A stretch of DNA of 57,273 nt from an archaeon (GTDB lineage Archaea; EX4484-52; GLR71). The stretch lies in contig WTCA01000015.1 in NCBI GenBank assembly GCA_013138805.1, positions 1-57,273 on the forward strand, given 5' to 3'. The number at the start of each line of letters is the position of its first letter. Position 1 is the first letter of the stretch. A program made the position numbers and the translations under genes. This document shows, piece by piece, positions 1-8,433 of the stretch. The notes beneath the pieces were generated by a model. The model saw only the letters and a list, made by a program, of their open reading frames with translations, made no database searches and was not told the DNA's origin.

Positions 1-42
1 ATGGATCGCTGGGACAGGGAGATGGGGTGGGTCTCATGTTGA

Positions 43-51
43 CTTATAAAG
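43..51 (+). promoter_or_regulatory. TATA-box-like element (CTTATAAAG) upstream of 73..768
   Basis: TTATAAA core about 22 nt upstream of the ATG at 73. Same core as the recurrent promoter motif in this window. Confidence 0.4.
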
Positions 52-72
52 AGGGGAATGTCATAGTCATGT

Positions 73-768
73 ATGAAGTTCTTTACCAGAGGGAAAGGGA
101 ACAGCAGGAAAATCATTCCTGTGGGTGATATTATAGAAAAGTATGGTGTGAAAAAGCTATCTGTTGGAACTCCTATGGTGCTTACGAAGATGGATAAGAT
201 GTATTTTCACGGTATATTTGATGTGTATGGCTTAATTTTAGCAGATAAGAGGAGATATGATTTCATAGTCAAGAAAGTAGGTAAGGGTGGCTATGATGAC
301 ATGGCTCGGATTCTTAAAGACATCATGGCAGATAGATATGATAAGGCTCTTGTGATCAAGGAAGGTAAATATAAGTTCGGGCTTAAAGATAGACTATCTT
401 TGGATGATGATTATAAGGCTTTTGGGCATCTGGCACATGCTGAAGGCTATGATAAAGATGTTATATATAAGTTCATACATCTTAATATTATGTTTGGCGC
501 AAGAGCACCTGAGGAGTTGAAGCATTTTACTAAAGATATAGAATATGCTGTACCTTTAGATAAAGCTTGGAACTTTGGGCATTATCTTCTCTATGAGAAT
601 CCTAATTATTATGATACTGTCGATGATATCACATCTGGTGAGATTGATGAGTTCAATAGAGACCTGCCAGATGATAGGAGAAAGAACATTGTCGCCAAGA
701 TAGTGAATATGTATAAGGATAAAGCTCCTGAGGATATGCGTATTTTGATTGCGCCTAAGGTCATCTGA
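73..768 (+). CDS. Leader-A family protein (outlying copy), variable body
   Basis: 231 aa ORF. N-terminus MKFFTRGKGNSRKIIPVGD matches the TRFxTKGxGxxRKVIP leader of the 8.4-26.8 kb array. Confidence 0.7.
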   Translation: MKFFTRGKGNSRKIIPVGDIIEKYGVKKLSVGTPMVLTKMDKMYFHGIFDVYGLILADKRRYDFIVKKVGKGGYDDMARILKDIMADRYDKALVIKEGKYKFGLKDRLSLDDDYKAFGHLAHAEGYDKDVIYKFIHLNIMFGARAPEELKHFTKDIEYAVPLDKAWNFGHYLLYENPNYYDTVDDITSGEIDEFNRDLPDDRRKNIVAKIVNMYKDKAPEDMRILIAPKVI

Positions 769-862
769 GATATACTATACTTTCTTCTCTTCTTTCTATT
801 TTGACTGATTTTTAACTGAATCTGCTGTCGGATTTATATAGTTTTCTGTCCCTTCTATTCTT

Positions 863-1432
863 ATGGCAGACCTGCTGATCAGAAAAGCCAATTATTTCGA
901 TATCGATTCGATAGTCAAGATATACAGGGCGCAGATAAATGAGATACGGGCATTCAAGAGATCGTTCATAGATATGTACAGGAAGCACAGGTTCAAGATA
1001 TATGTACTGATACAGGACAAGGACATAATAGGGTTCTATACTGTGGAAGTCATCAACGGTCTGATGCCCCGCAAGTTCGTCAAGGGAGTCAAGACCATAT
1101 GGGTGCATTTCATAGCTGTGTCTGACCATGGCAAGGGCTATGGACGGATATTGATGGACAACATTGAGGTGATGGCGTACCATGACCACTACATAACTGG
1201 GATAGGTCTGCACTCTAACCTGAGATCTTACCCGTTCTACGAGAAGATGGGGCTGGTCATCAAGGGGAAGGTCAAGCACGGGCACCTGAACAAGCTGTAC
1301 ATGTACAAGGATCTTGACAGCGCATCAAAGTATAGGCTGAGGATTGAAGATATGCAGGCTAAGAACTTCACTGCAGAAGATGTGGCTGAAGGGATTGTCA
1401 GGTTAAATAAGCTGAAAGAGATGAGTAAATGA
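863..1432 (+). CDS. GNAT-family N-acetyltransferase
   Basis: 189 aa. The acetyl-CoA motif region IAVSDHGKGYGRILMD and the C-terminal FYEKMGL are typical of the GNAT fold. Confidence 0.7.
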   Translation: MADLLIRKANYFDIDSIVKIYRAQINEIRAFKRSFIDMYRKHRFKIYVLIQDKDIIGFYTVEVINGLMPRKFVKGVKTIWVHFIAVSDHGKGYGRILMDNIEVMAYHDHYITGIGLHSNLRSYPFYEKMGLVIKGKVKHGHLNKLYMYKDLDSASKYRLRIEDMQAKNFTAEDVAEGIVRLNKLKEMSK

Positions 1433-1611
1433 TGAATTACTTTAATGATGATGAAGCTAAGAACCTTCCAAGGAGAGAGCTGTTGCTTCAGGCTGTATTA
1501 GGGATACAGTCCTGCAAGACAAAAGAGGATGGCATAAAGATACTCGATGACATATGGAGCATCGCACAGGATAAGAAAAGGCGTCAGATTATGGGGCATT
1601 GTAAAGATTAG
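1429..1611 (+). CDS. hypothetical protein
   Basis: 60 aa ORF with an ATGA overlap to the upstream gene. Same-strand operon context. Confidence 0.5.
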   Translation: MMNYFNDDEAKNLPRRELLLQAVLGIQSCKTKEDGIKILDDIWSIAQDKKRRQIMGHCKD

Positions 1612-1615
1612 GTGA

Positions 1616-1843
1616 ATGATCATGGGTAATGGCTATGCTAAGATTGAATATATATGCAAAAACTGTCATCTTAAGATGAGTATCAGTGTCACCATGAGTG
1701 AGAAGTTGAGGATCATAGGAAGAATGTTCAGTGGCATCGATCCCTGCGACCCTGATAAGTTCAGAGGAGATACCTTGTATGTACTCAATAACCTGTCAAG
1801 ATGTTGCAGTCATCCTGACTGGCATCGTAAGGATGTGAAGTGA
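1616..1843 (+). CDS. small Cys-rich (zinc-ribbon-like) protein
   Basis: 75 aa. Contains CKNC and a later CC-x-H cluster. GGTGA lies just upstream. Confidence 0.55.
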   Translation: MIMGNGYAKIEYICKNCHLKMSISVTMSEKLRIIGRMFSGIDPCDPDKFRGDTLYVLNNLSRCCSHPDWHRKDVK

Positions 1844-1844
1844 T

Positions 1845-2225
1845 ATGGTCAGGTGTTCGACATGCAATAGAGACGTTGATGATATCAGACCGCAGATCGA
1901 GGGAGTAGGTACATGTTTTGCTTGCAGTGGCAAGCCTATGACAAGGGAAGCGTTGGACAGGTGGATCAAGATAGAGGCTGACAAGAAGAGAGACATAAAG
2001 AAGACGGCAAAGAAGGTATGGGTGACTGGACTGGGTATCTATGATGGTGACCGGAAAGAGACGATGTTCACTGTAACTTTATATGATATACCTCTGACTC
2101 TTGTCACATTTCCTGACCTGAGACAGAGCCAGATGACTATCGCAAGGGATGAGATCTTGCTGTTGAGAGATGCCATAGACAAGATGCTGACAGTAGAGTC
2201 AGGATCAGGTACAGCTAAAGATTAG
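1845..2225 (+). CDS. zinc-ribbon protein
   Basis: 126 aa. CSTC...CFAC (two CxxC pairs) at the N-terminus. Starts 2 nt after the upstream stop. Confidence 0.6.
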   Translation: MVRCSTCNRDVDDIRPQIEGVGTCFACSGKPMTREALDRWIKIEADKKRDIKKTAKKVWVTGLGIYDGDRKETMFTVTLYDIPLTLVTFPDLRQSQMTIARDEILLLRDAIDKMLTVESGSGTAKD

Positions 2226-2241
2226 GGATGTCTGATGTTAT

Positions 2242-2391
2242 ATGGATAAGCAACAATATAGAGAAGACCTGAATACATTGTATACAGATTGCGGGATACT
2301 GAAAAACTGTGATGTCAATGATGACGTAAAGGCTAAGTTGGAGCATATGCAACTTATATTGACGAAGCTGATACTTCAGTTTGATAAATAG
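2242..2391 (+). CDS. hypothetical small protein (49 aa, hand-translated)
   Basis: ATG 2242 to TAG 2389-2391 gives MDKQQYREDLNTLYTDCGILKNCDVNDDVKAKLEHMQLILTKLILQFDK. It fills an otherwise empty same-strand gap. Confidence 0.35.
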   Translation: MDKQQYREDLNTLYTDCGILKNCDVNDDVKAKLEHMQLILTKLILQFDK

Positions 2392-2431
2392 ATATCTAAA
2401 AATATAGATAATAAAAAATAAGTGATGATAC

Positions 2432-3979
2432 ATGGACGACGCTGAGGACAGGAAGGCAGAGCTGGAACGCATCAAGGATCGCATACTCAGCGTCAAGCCT
2501 TCGGATGAGTACAACATTGAGAGAATAAGACCTGAACAGAAAGCTAAGGCTAAGCCTGAACCAAGACCTGAGACAAAGCCTAAGTCTAAGCCTAAGCCTG
2601 AGACAAAGCCTGAACCTAAGCCTAAGCCTGATACAAAGCATGAACCTAAGCCAAAGCCTAAGCCTAAGCCTGTCAAGTCTAGCATACCTAAAAAGCTGGA
2701 ATCCCTGCATAAGCTGTTGGCAAGCGATGTCAATAAGAAAGTCAAGGCTGAACCCAGACAGGAACCCAGACAGGAACCCATACATGAACCTATACAGGAA
2801 CCTAGACAGGAACCTGAACCTGCACCTGAACATGAACTTGATATTGCCAAGACTATGACTGAGATCGATGCCATTGAGAAAGAGATAGCTGAGCTGACAG
2901 AGAAGATAGATGAGATGATGGCTGGTGCCAAGAGACTTGAATCTGAATTAGAGCCTGAACCCAAACCTGAGCCAGAGCCTGAGCCTGTCAAGTCAGGGGC
3001 ACCTGAAGATCAGGATGACCTGCATAAGCTGGTAGATGGCAAAGATGTTGTCGAGTCAGTCCAGTCTGCCAAAGATATGTTCAATGCAGGTACACTCTAT
3101 GAGCCTGTGCCGGTTGCACAGAGACCTAAGACCGTACCCAATCCTGAATTTATAGATATCATAGATGAGATGAAAGCCCGTGCCAAAGAAGGGGTATCCG
3201 AACCTGAAAATGAGCCTGAACAGGAACATGAGAAGGAACAAGAACCTGAACCTGAACCTGATATCACCAAGGTAGAGGCTGACATTGACACCCTAGAGAA
3301 AGAGATGACCAGCCTGCTAGCTAAGATAGACAGGATGATAGCAGGTGTCAAGAATCCTGAACCTGAACCTGATATCACCAAGGCAGAGGCTGACATCGCT
3401 GAATCCATGTCACAGGCACGCCTGAGACATGAGGTGCCTATATTCATTGCACCTGTGGACATCCCAGTCCTGCCTGAACACCAGAGCGATGCATCCAAGT
3501 TTGTGACAGCCCCTAAAGCTGAGCCTGATAAAAGTATACATAAGGATAGGAGACCTAGGCTTGATGTCAAGGTCAAGATAGTCAACATGATCAGGTATCT
3601 TGGGCGTATCAAGAAGAGAATTATGCCTGATGTCAGGGATCCGTCTGACATGGAAGGGTATGTGGCACCTAACATGTTCAGCGACAATGACCGGTTCGTC
3701 GGTGACGATGCCATGACGGTCAAGACATCGGGTGCTGATGCAGGCAAGGACATCGACAGGAAACTTAGCCCTCAGCCTGAGCAGGTCATACAGCCTAGCC
3801 GTGACATGATGTCGGGCAGGAGAAACTGGCAGGCTTCACAGTCTGGACTGGCAGGTGGTATGATGTCTCATGAAGATTATAAGAAAGTTGTTGATGGTAT
3901 TGATGACGATGATGGTAAGGATGAGGATGGGGAAGAAAATGAAAGCGATAAAAAATATGAGAAAGGATTGAAGGAGTAA
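2432..3979 (+). CDS. large intrinsically disordered KP/EP-repeat protein with three coiled-coil-like segments
   Basis: 515 aa. Contains KPEPKPKP and EPRQ tandem repeats. A segment like IDAIEKEIAELTEKIDEMMAGAK / IDTLEKEMTSLLAKIDRMIAGVK is repeated. The tail is acidic. Confidence 0.75.
   Translation: MDDAEDRKAELERIKDRILSVKPSDEYNIERIRPEQKAKAKPEPRPETKPKSKPKPETKPEPKPKPDTKHEPKPKPKPKPVKSSIPKKLESLHKLLASDVNKKVKAEPRQEPRQEPIHEPIQEPRQEPEPAPEHELDIAKTMTEIDAIEKEIAELTEKIDEMMAGAKRLESELEPEPKPEPEPEPVKSGAPEDQDDLHKLVDGKDVVESVQSAKDMFNAGTLYEPVPVAQRPKTVPNPEFIDIIDEMKARAKEGVSEPENEPEQEHEKEQEPEPEPDITKVEADIDTLEKEMTSLLAKIDRMIAGVKNPEPEPDITKAEADIAESMSQARLRHEVPIFIAPVDIPVLPEHQSDASKFVTAPKAEPDKSIHKDRRPRLDVKVKIVNMIRYLGRIKKRIMPDVRDPSDMEGYVAPNMFSDNDRFVGDDAMTVKTSGADAGKDIDRKLSPQPEQVIQPSRDMMSGRRNWQASQSGLAGGMMSHEDYKKVVDGIDDDDGKDEDGEENESDKKYEKGLKE
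2750..2833 (+). repeat. in-frame 12-nt tandem repeat x7 (GAACCCAGACAG, encoding EPRQ/EPIH/EPIQ)
   Basis: Units counted directly: 2750, 2762, 2774, 2786, 2798, 2810, 2822. Confidence 0.85.
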
Positions 3980-3986
3980 GAGCTAA

Positions 3987-4238
3987 ATGTTGAATACTGA
4001 TGGTCTGTTATTGACGGTGATAGGTATTCTTGTACTAAGTATCATCATCGGATACCTGTTGATGTATTGGCATTATAATAAGCTAGAATCTACGCCTGAC
4101 TGTGATTACTGTGTCCATTGCAGAAAGGATATGATGTGCTCTAAGAAGAATGTCGGGGTGGATCATGTCATTATAAAAGATGTCATTGACAATGGCTGTA
4201 AGGATTATGAGTATAGGAAAGGAGACATGTCAGCATGA
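3987..4238 (+). CDS. small membrane protein with Cys-rich tail
   Basis: 83 aa. N-terminal TM segment LLLTVIGILVLSIIIGYLLMYW, then CDYCVHC. Confidence 0.6.
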   Translation: MLNTDGLLLTVIGILVLSIIIGYLLMYWHYNKLESTPDCDYCVHCRKDMMCSKKNVGVDHVIIKDVIDNGCKDYEYRKGDMSA

Positions 4239-4702
4239 TATCTGATGAAGTCAAGGGAGAGGTCAACGAGCTTCATCGCAGGTTCTGTTTCCATTGCAGG
4301 AAAGATCTGGTGTTTCAGGGATATCAGGTAGGCAGGTTCATAGGCATAGACAAGATAACTGTCATATGTCCTGAGTGTGGCGGGGAGACAGGCTGTTTCA
4401 GGTCTCAGGAAGATATCAATTCCAAGAGAGCGTCTATGCTGGTGTTGGACAGTGACATGGCAAAGGTCAAGAGATTTCCTAGCCTGTATAGAGGTAAGAG
4501 GCAGGATGACTGGAAACGCAGGGTATACGGAATCCCTGACATCAAGAGGGAGACCAAGGATGGGTCTATAATGGATTACAGGCATAAGGGTATGTCTGCT
4601 TTCAAGTGTGGTGGCGGTGATGATGAAGATAGTGGTGCAGGTCTGGACAAAGATCTTGATGACTATGATGATGACGATGACGATGAGAGGGGTGTATGTT
4701 GA
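4235..4702 (+). CDS. zinc-ribbon protein with acidic tail
   Basis: 155 aa. CFHC...CPECGGETGC. C-terminal DDYDDDDDDE. ATGA overlap with the upstream gene. Confidence 0.6.
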   Translation: MISDEVKGEVNELHRRFCFHCRKDLVFQGYQVGRFIGIDKITVICPECGGETGCFRSQEDINSKRASMLVLDSDMAKVKRFPSLYRGKRQDDWKRRVYGIPDIKRETKDGSIMDYRHKGMSAFKCGGGDDEDSGAGLDKDLDDYDDDDDDERGVC

Positions 4703-4872
4703 TGATGAGATATCTTATGGTTGCTGTACTGGTATGTGTGCTGGCAGTATCTGGCTGTACTTCGTATGACTCATGCATGGAAGACTGCATGGGTTCTCAT
4801 GATGCTGTCTATGATGCTTCATATATGGAATGTTATGATAGCATAGATTTCAGTGAATGTTTGATAGAATAG
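4702..4872 (+). CDS. small Cys-rich lipobox protein, truncated paralog of 4973..5215
   Basis: Hand-translated 56 aa: MMRYLMVAVLVCVLAVSGCTSYDSCMEDCMGSHDAVYDASYMECYDSIDFSECLIE. Signal peptide plus SGC lipobox. TGATG overlap with the upstream stop. Confidence 0.45.
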   Translation: MMRYLMVAVLVCVLAVSGCTSYDSCMEDCMGSHDAVYDASYMECYDSIDFSECLIE

Positions 4873-4883
4873 ATACTAAACAG

Positions 4884-4973
4884 ATGATCACATGGGAACT
4901 GAATGTATGTAATGTCATGGCGACAGAATCTGTCAATACAGTATGCTATGATGAATGTAGGTGTATGGACTGA
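4884..4973 (+). pseudogene. detached C-terminal fragment of the lipobox-protein paralog
   Basis: The 29-aa frame ends ...SVNTVCYDECRCMD. This aligns with the ...YVNRICYDECRGVD end of 4973..5215. It is in a different frame from 4702..4872. Confidence 0.35.
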
Positions 4974-5215
4974 TGAGATTATATATAATTGCTGTATTGA
5001 TATGCATTCTGGTAATATCTGGCTGTACGTCATATGACTCATGCAGGGGGGACTGCGTAAGGTATCACAATGAAGATTATGACGCTGTGTACTATGAATG
5101 CTATGATAACATCATTCCTGCAGACAGGACTATGTTTGATAAAGGCAACTGCAGAGTTGAAGCGACCAGATATGTCAACAGGATATGCTATGACGAATGC
5201 AGGGGTGTGGACTGA
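4973..5215 (+). CDS. small Cys-rich lipobox (putative lipo)protein
   Basis: Track ORF 4961..5215. The ATG at 4973 gives MRLYIIAVLICILVISGCTSYDSC..., parallel to the paralogs at 4702 and 7953. Confidence 0.6.
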   Translation: MRLYIIAVLICILVISGCTSYDSCRGDCVRYHNEDYDAVYYECYDNIIPADRTMFDKGNCRVEATRYVNRICYDECRGVD

Positions 5216-5547
5216 TGAATGAAGACATGGATTCAAGGAGGAAACCAGTGCATAGACATCACGGGTTCTGGGAATCTTTCAGGGACAGTCTAGGTAAGGT
5301 CAAGGACAGGATCGCTATATATGATGATGTATCTGAGGACACCAAGATATATCTTGTCATGTCATTTAAGCAGTCCTGTGTCTTGATAATAGAATCTGTC
5401 ACATTACTCTTTGTGCTGGTTCGTGCAGTGTGCATGATGTTCTTTTTTGTGGCAGTCCTGATGACAGTCATACTGTTGCGGATAGTCATGGATATCATAG
5501 ACATGGCTATCATGCTCAGCAAAGATAAGCATAATAAACGGAAATGA
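5215..5547 (+). CDS. membrane protein
   Basis: Track ORF 5197..5547. The ATG at 5215 overlaps the upstream stop (TGATG). Two hydrophobic helices in the C-terminal half. Confidence 0.55.
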   Translation: MNEDMDSRRKPVHRHHGFWESFRDSLGKVKDRIAIYDDVSEDTKIYLVMSFKQSCVLIIESVTLLFVLVRAVCMMFFFVAVLMTVILLRIVMDIIDMAIMLSKDKHNKRK

Positions 5548-5957
5548 TATGTATGGATGGCGAAGACCAGAAAGAGTTTGATACTGCATTGAAAGGGGAT
5601 ATAGACAGTATAGACAAGGACGTTATCAGGAAATCATATTATGAGGATTATCCTGCCGGTACATTGAGGGTCAACCTGTTGCCTGTCGAGGTGCAGATAC
5701 TGGTGGTCAGCCTGTATAGTCTCAGGACAGATTCGGATGCAGAGAAAGATATATTCGGGCGGGTGCTCACTGCATATAGAGAATACCGAGATTCTGATAT
5801 CGGTGATGACATCACCATCGAGCTGGTAATATCATTCCTTGATCTGGAGATCATGATGCTCAGCCTGTATGGGTTCGGGTGCAGGGCTGGTGTTGGGCTG
5901 GGCTTGCTGGAATCACTTGATAAGTTGCATAAGAAAGTCAAGGTACAAAGGGGTTAA
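5544..5957 (+). CDS. hypothetical protein
   Basis: 137 aa ORF with an ATGA overlap to the upstream gene. Confidence 0.55.
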   Translation: MICMDGEDQKEFDTALKGDIDSIDKDVIRKSYYEDYPAGTLRVNLLPVEVQILVVSLYSLRTDSDAEKDIFGRVLTAYREYRDSDIGDDITIELVISFLDLEIMMLSLYGFGCRAGVGLGLLESLDKLHKKVKVQRG

Positions 5958-5966
5958 GATATTTAT

Positions 5967-6089
5967 ATGATAACTGCCGAACTGTTCGTGCTGTGCAAGC
6001 TCTTTATCCCGTCAGATGTTGACTGGGTATGGGTGTTGCTGTTCCTGCTGTCTGATTCGATGATGTGGGCTAGCATCAATAAAAAATAA
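5967..6089 (+). CDS. hypothetical mini membrane protein (40 aa, hand-translated)
   Basis: MITAELFVLCKLFIPSDVDWVWVLLFLLSDSMMWASINKK. Fills the gap before 6107. Confidence 0.3.
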   Translation: MITAELFVLCKLFIPSDVDWVWVLLFLLSDSMMWASINKK

Positions 6090-6106
6090 GAGGACGTGAA
6101 TTTTAT

Positions 6107-6388
6107 ATGGACTGGAAAAGGATAAGCAATCGGATGGATATCATAGGCTGTGCAGTCGCATCAGCTCTAGTAGTATTTTATGTGTTTGCAGTGCCTATGT
6201 TATACCTGCTCATGTCAGGCATAGGCATCCTGTATACAGTCATGGTCTTTCTCATGGTCACAGGCATGGTCAGTCTATACATAGGCACTTTCATGTTTCT
6301 CAGGAACCAGACCGCTAAGTTTGACAGGGTGATGGAACGCAGGCAGAGACATAAGAAGGTAATGAAAGGACAGAGGACGTTGGGATGA
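6107..6388 (+). CDS. membrane protein (paralog of 6385..6678)
   Basis: 93 aa with 2 TM helices. Shares the IGCAVASA motif with the next ORF. Confidence 0.6.
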   Translation: MDWKRISNRMDIIGCAVASALVVFYVFAVPMLYLLMSGIGILYTVMVFLMVTGMVSLYIGTFMFLRNQTAKFDRVMERRQRHKKVMKGQRTLG

Positions 6389-6678
6389 TCAGCATGTCAG
6401 TCAAGATCATAGATATATTGGGTCGGCTAGGATGCGCCGTTGCATCTGCCATAGTCACCCTAGACATGTTCATGGTGCTCATCACTGTCCATATGACATC
6501 TGGGTACAGTCTCTGGAACTTGTTGATGGTGATCCTGTTACATATAGGGATGATCACCATGTATCTGTGCCTGTACATATTCTTCATTGATATGCAAAGG
6601 CGTATTCCAGATTATTTCTGGTTCAAGGTAATAGCAGATGTCAATACACAAAAAGAACAAGAAACGGTAGGTGGTTAA
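6385..6678 (+). CDS. membrane protein (paralog of 6107..6388)
   Basis: 97 aa with an LGCAVASA motif and 2-3 TM helices. ATGA overlap. Confidence 0.6.
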   Translation: MISMSVKIIDILGRLGCAVASAIVTLDMFMVLITVHMTSGYSLWNLLMVILLHIGMITMYLCLYIFFIDMQRRIPDYFWFKVIADVNTQKEQETVGG

Positions 6679-6681
6679 ATT

Positions 6682-7947
6682 ATGGCAAGAGACAAGACGA
6701 CATATACAGGGTTCATCAACACGCCCATGAGCGACTACGTCGATGCGCTGAAAGATACCATGACCATGTTTGACGTGCCGGAACAGTTCGCCAAGAAGCA
6801 GGATCCTCACGTGGCATACCAGATATTTGAGAAAGATATACAGTACAGGGTCACGCCGTTGAAGTCTGGTGAGCTGAGGGCTAACCTGAACATCATACTG
6901 AACATATACGGTTCTCAGGGGTCAGGCAAGTCAGTCATAGGTCTGTCCTTATATCACTTGATATGTCAGTATGCAGGCAGGAAGCCAGACATAAGGGAGA
7001 TCTTCTTTTCTATCAATGATATTCATGTATATACCAAGGAGATGGCTGACAAGGGCGACCTGAAATCACGGTGCATACTGCTTGATGAGCAGATGTCGAC
7101 CGAGAGGTACGGCATGGGGTCTGCAGAGAGGGTGGATAAATTGTTTGACATAATCAGGATCATCCGTGACTCACAGGTATCGTTCATAATGATATCGCCC
7201 GATAACGTGTTCAACTTTCCTGCACACTACTGCATCGAGGCATGGCGTAAGAATTTCAGGGAACGTAGCAACCTGTCTTTCCTGATCGAGATGCGGAATA
7301 AGAGACCGATAACTATCATGGCTACACCGTTAATGTTCTCTCTGGAAGGTGACTTCAATCAGGCGTACCTGAAAAAGAAACGTGCATTCATACAGAAGTT
7401 TGCGTCGCAGAAAGAGGATGACATATCCACTGAGATACGGGACAAGGCAGAGAAGATGTGCGCTGAGGACAGGTTCATTAACTGCTACAACAAGATGCTC
7501 CAGCTTGATCTGTACATGCAGATGTTTGGCAAGGCATCCAACGATTTCATGCAGACTGTCTGTGCCAAGGCAGAACAGATGTTGCTCAGCAAGGGTGGGT
7601 TCTTCGAGAAGCCCAAAAGGTTCAGGTCTAAGGGTGCTGGTGGTGGTAAGGCAGATGATCAGGATGACGTGCATGATGCTGGTGCAGACCAGCCTGACCG
7701 GTTCACCGGCGAGACTGATGAAGATAAGCCTAAATCTAAGACTAAGCCTGAGCCTAAGCCTAAGCCTAAGCCCAAAGATATATCTAGGGCAGATGCTGAT
7801 GATGACAGTGACATAGACCTAGACCTGAAAGCCAGCGAAGGTGTCCTGAGCGGGTTTGCAGGTGCCAAGCAGTTAGAGGATCAGATAAAAGGTAAGCCTA
7901 AAGGTAAAGGTAAGAGCAAGGGCAAGAGCAGAAAAGATAAGGAGTGA
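6682..7947 (+). CDS. P-loop NTPase with disordered KP-rich C-terminal tail (possible DNA-translocating/packaging ATPase)
   Basis: Walker A is GSQGSGKS. Walker B is CILLDEQ. The last ~110 aa are low complexity (KPKSKTKPEPKPKPKPK, GKPKGKGKSKGKS). Confidence 0.7.
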   Translation: MARDKTTYTGFINTPMSDYVDALKDTMTMFDVPEQFAKKQDPHVAYQIFEKDIQYRVTPLKSGELRANLNIILNIYGSQGSGKSVIGLSLYHLICQYAGRKPDIREIFFSINDIHVYTKEMADKGDLKSRCILLDEQMSTERYGMGSAERVDKLFDIIRIIRDSQVSFIMISPDNVFNFPAHYCIEAWRKNFRERSNLSFLIEMRNKRPITIMATPLMFSLEGDFNQAYLKKKRAFIQKFASQKEDDISTEIRDKAEKMCAEDRFINCYNKMLQLDLYMQMFGKASNDFMQTVCAKAEQMLLSKGGFFEKPKRFRSKGAGGGKADDQDDVHDAGADQPDRFTGETDEDKPKSKTKPEPKPKPKPKDISRADADDDSDIDLDLKASEGVLSGFAGAKQLEDQIKGKPKGKGKSKGKSRKDKE

Positions 7948-7952
7948 TCAAT

Positions 7953-8207
7953 ATGGATAAGAAGTATATTGTGGTACTGTTGCTGGCTGTATTGTTCATG
8001 TCAGGGTGCGTGTCGGGGAGAACTTCATGCGTGACTGATTGCAGGTATGAACATGCAGATGATTATTTCACTGTAAGGGATGGATGCATTGATGACACTG
8101 AATATGTATATAATGATACCATCGGTGTATATGCCTATTGCGTCTATATAGCCGATGCTGGTCTGGACGAGGACTGTGCCCGCTCTTGCGTAGATATCAA
8201 GAGATAA
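7953..8207 (+). CDS. small Cys-rich lipobox protein (third paralog)
   Basis: Track ORF 7944..8207. The ATG at 7953 gives MDKKYIVVLLLAVLFMSGCVSG.... Cys spacing resembles 4973..5215. Confidence 0.6.
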   Translation: MDKKYIVVLLLAVLFMSGCVSGRTSCVTDCRYEHADDYFTVRDGCIDDTEYVYNDTIGVYAYCVYIADAGLDEDCARSCVDIKR

Positions 8208-8382
8208 GTGTCAATAGGTTTATAAACATGGAATCCTCAGTATTATGTGTGCATGATGCTTTCAGGGTATCACTACACGCAGACGGCATCTGCTGACCGT
8301 TGAATAAATACCAGCACAGGGTCAATAAGAGGTCTCCCTGCCTGATGGCACAGACCCATCAAAGCCTTGTCCTGATTCTTCT

Positions 8383-8400
8383 CATGCTATCTTATAAACA
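8383..8400 (+). promoter_or_regulatory. recurrent promoter motif CATGCTATCTTATAAACA (BRE/TATA-like)
   Basis: Exact motif 34 nt upstream of the ATG at 8434. The same 18-mer occurs at 9997 and 12842. Confidence 0.65.
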
Positions 8401-8433
8401 GACAGATTCAAATAATAGGTAAGGTAATGTTCT

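Noticed and set aside
2215-3753. Minus-strand ORFs 2215..2991, 2396..2833 and 3097..3753 (Ser/Gly/Leu-rich).
   Set aside because: They are mirror images of the KP/EP repeat DNA of 2432..3979. Low-complexity repeats keep several frames open. The orientation conflicts with all neighbours.
8300-8345. An 8-nt match (CCTGCCTG) between the ORF-free region at about 8335 and the reverse complement of leader A, as a possible trans-acting antisense RNA.
   Set aside because: The match is too short to distinguish from chance and does not extend.
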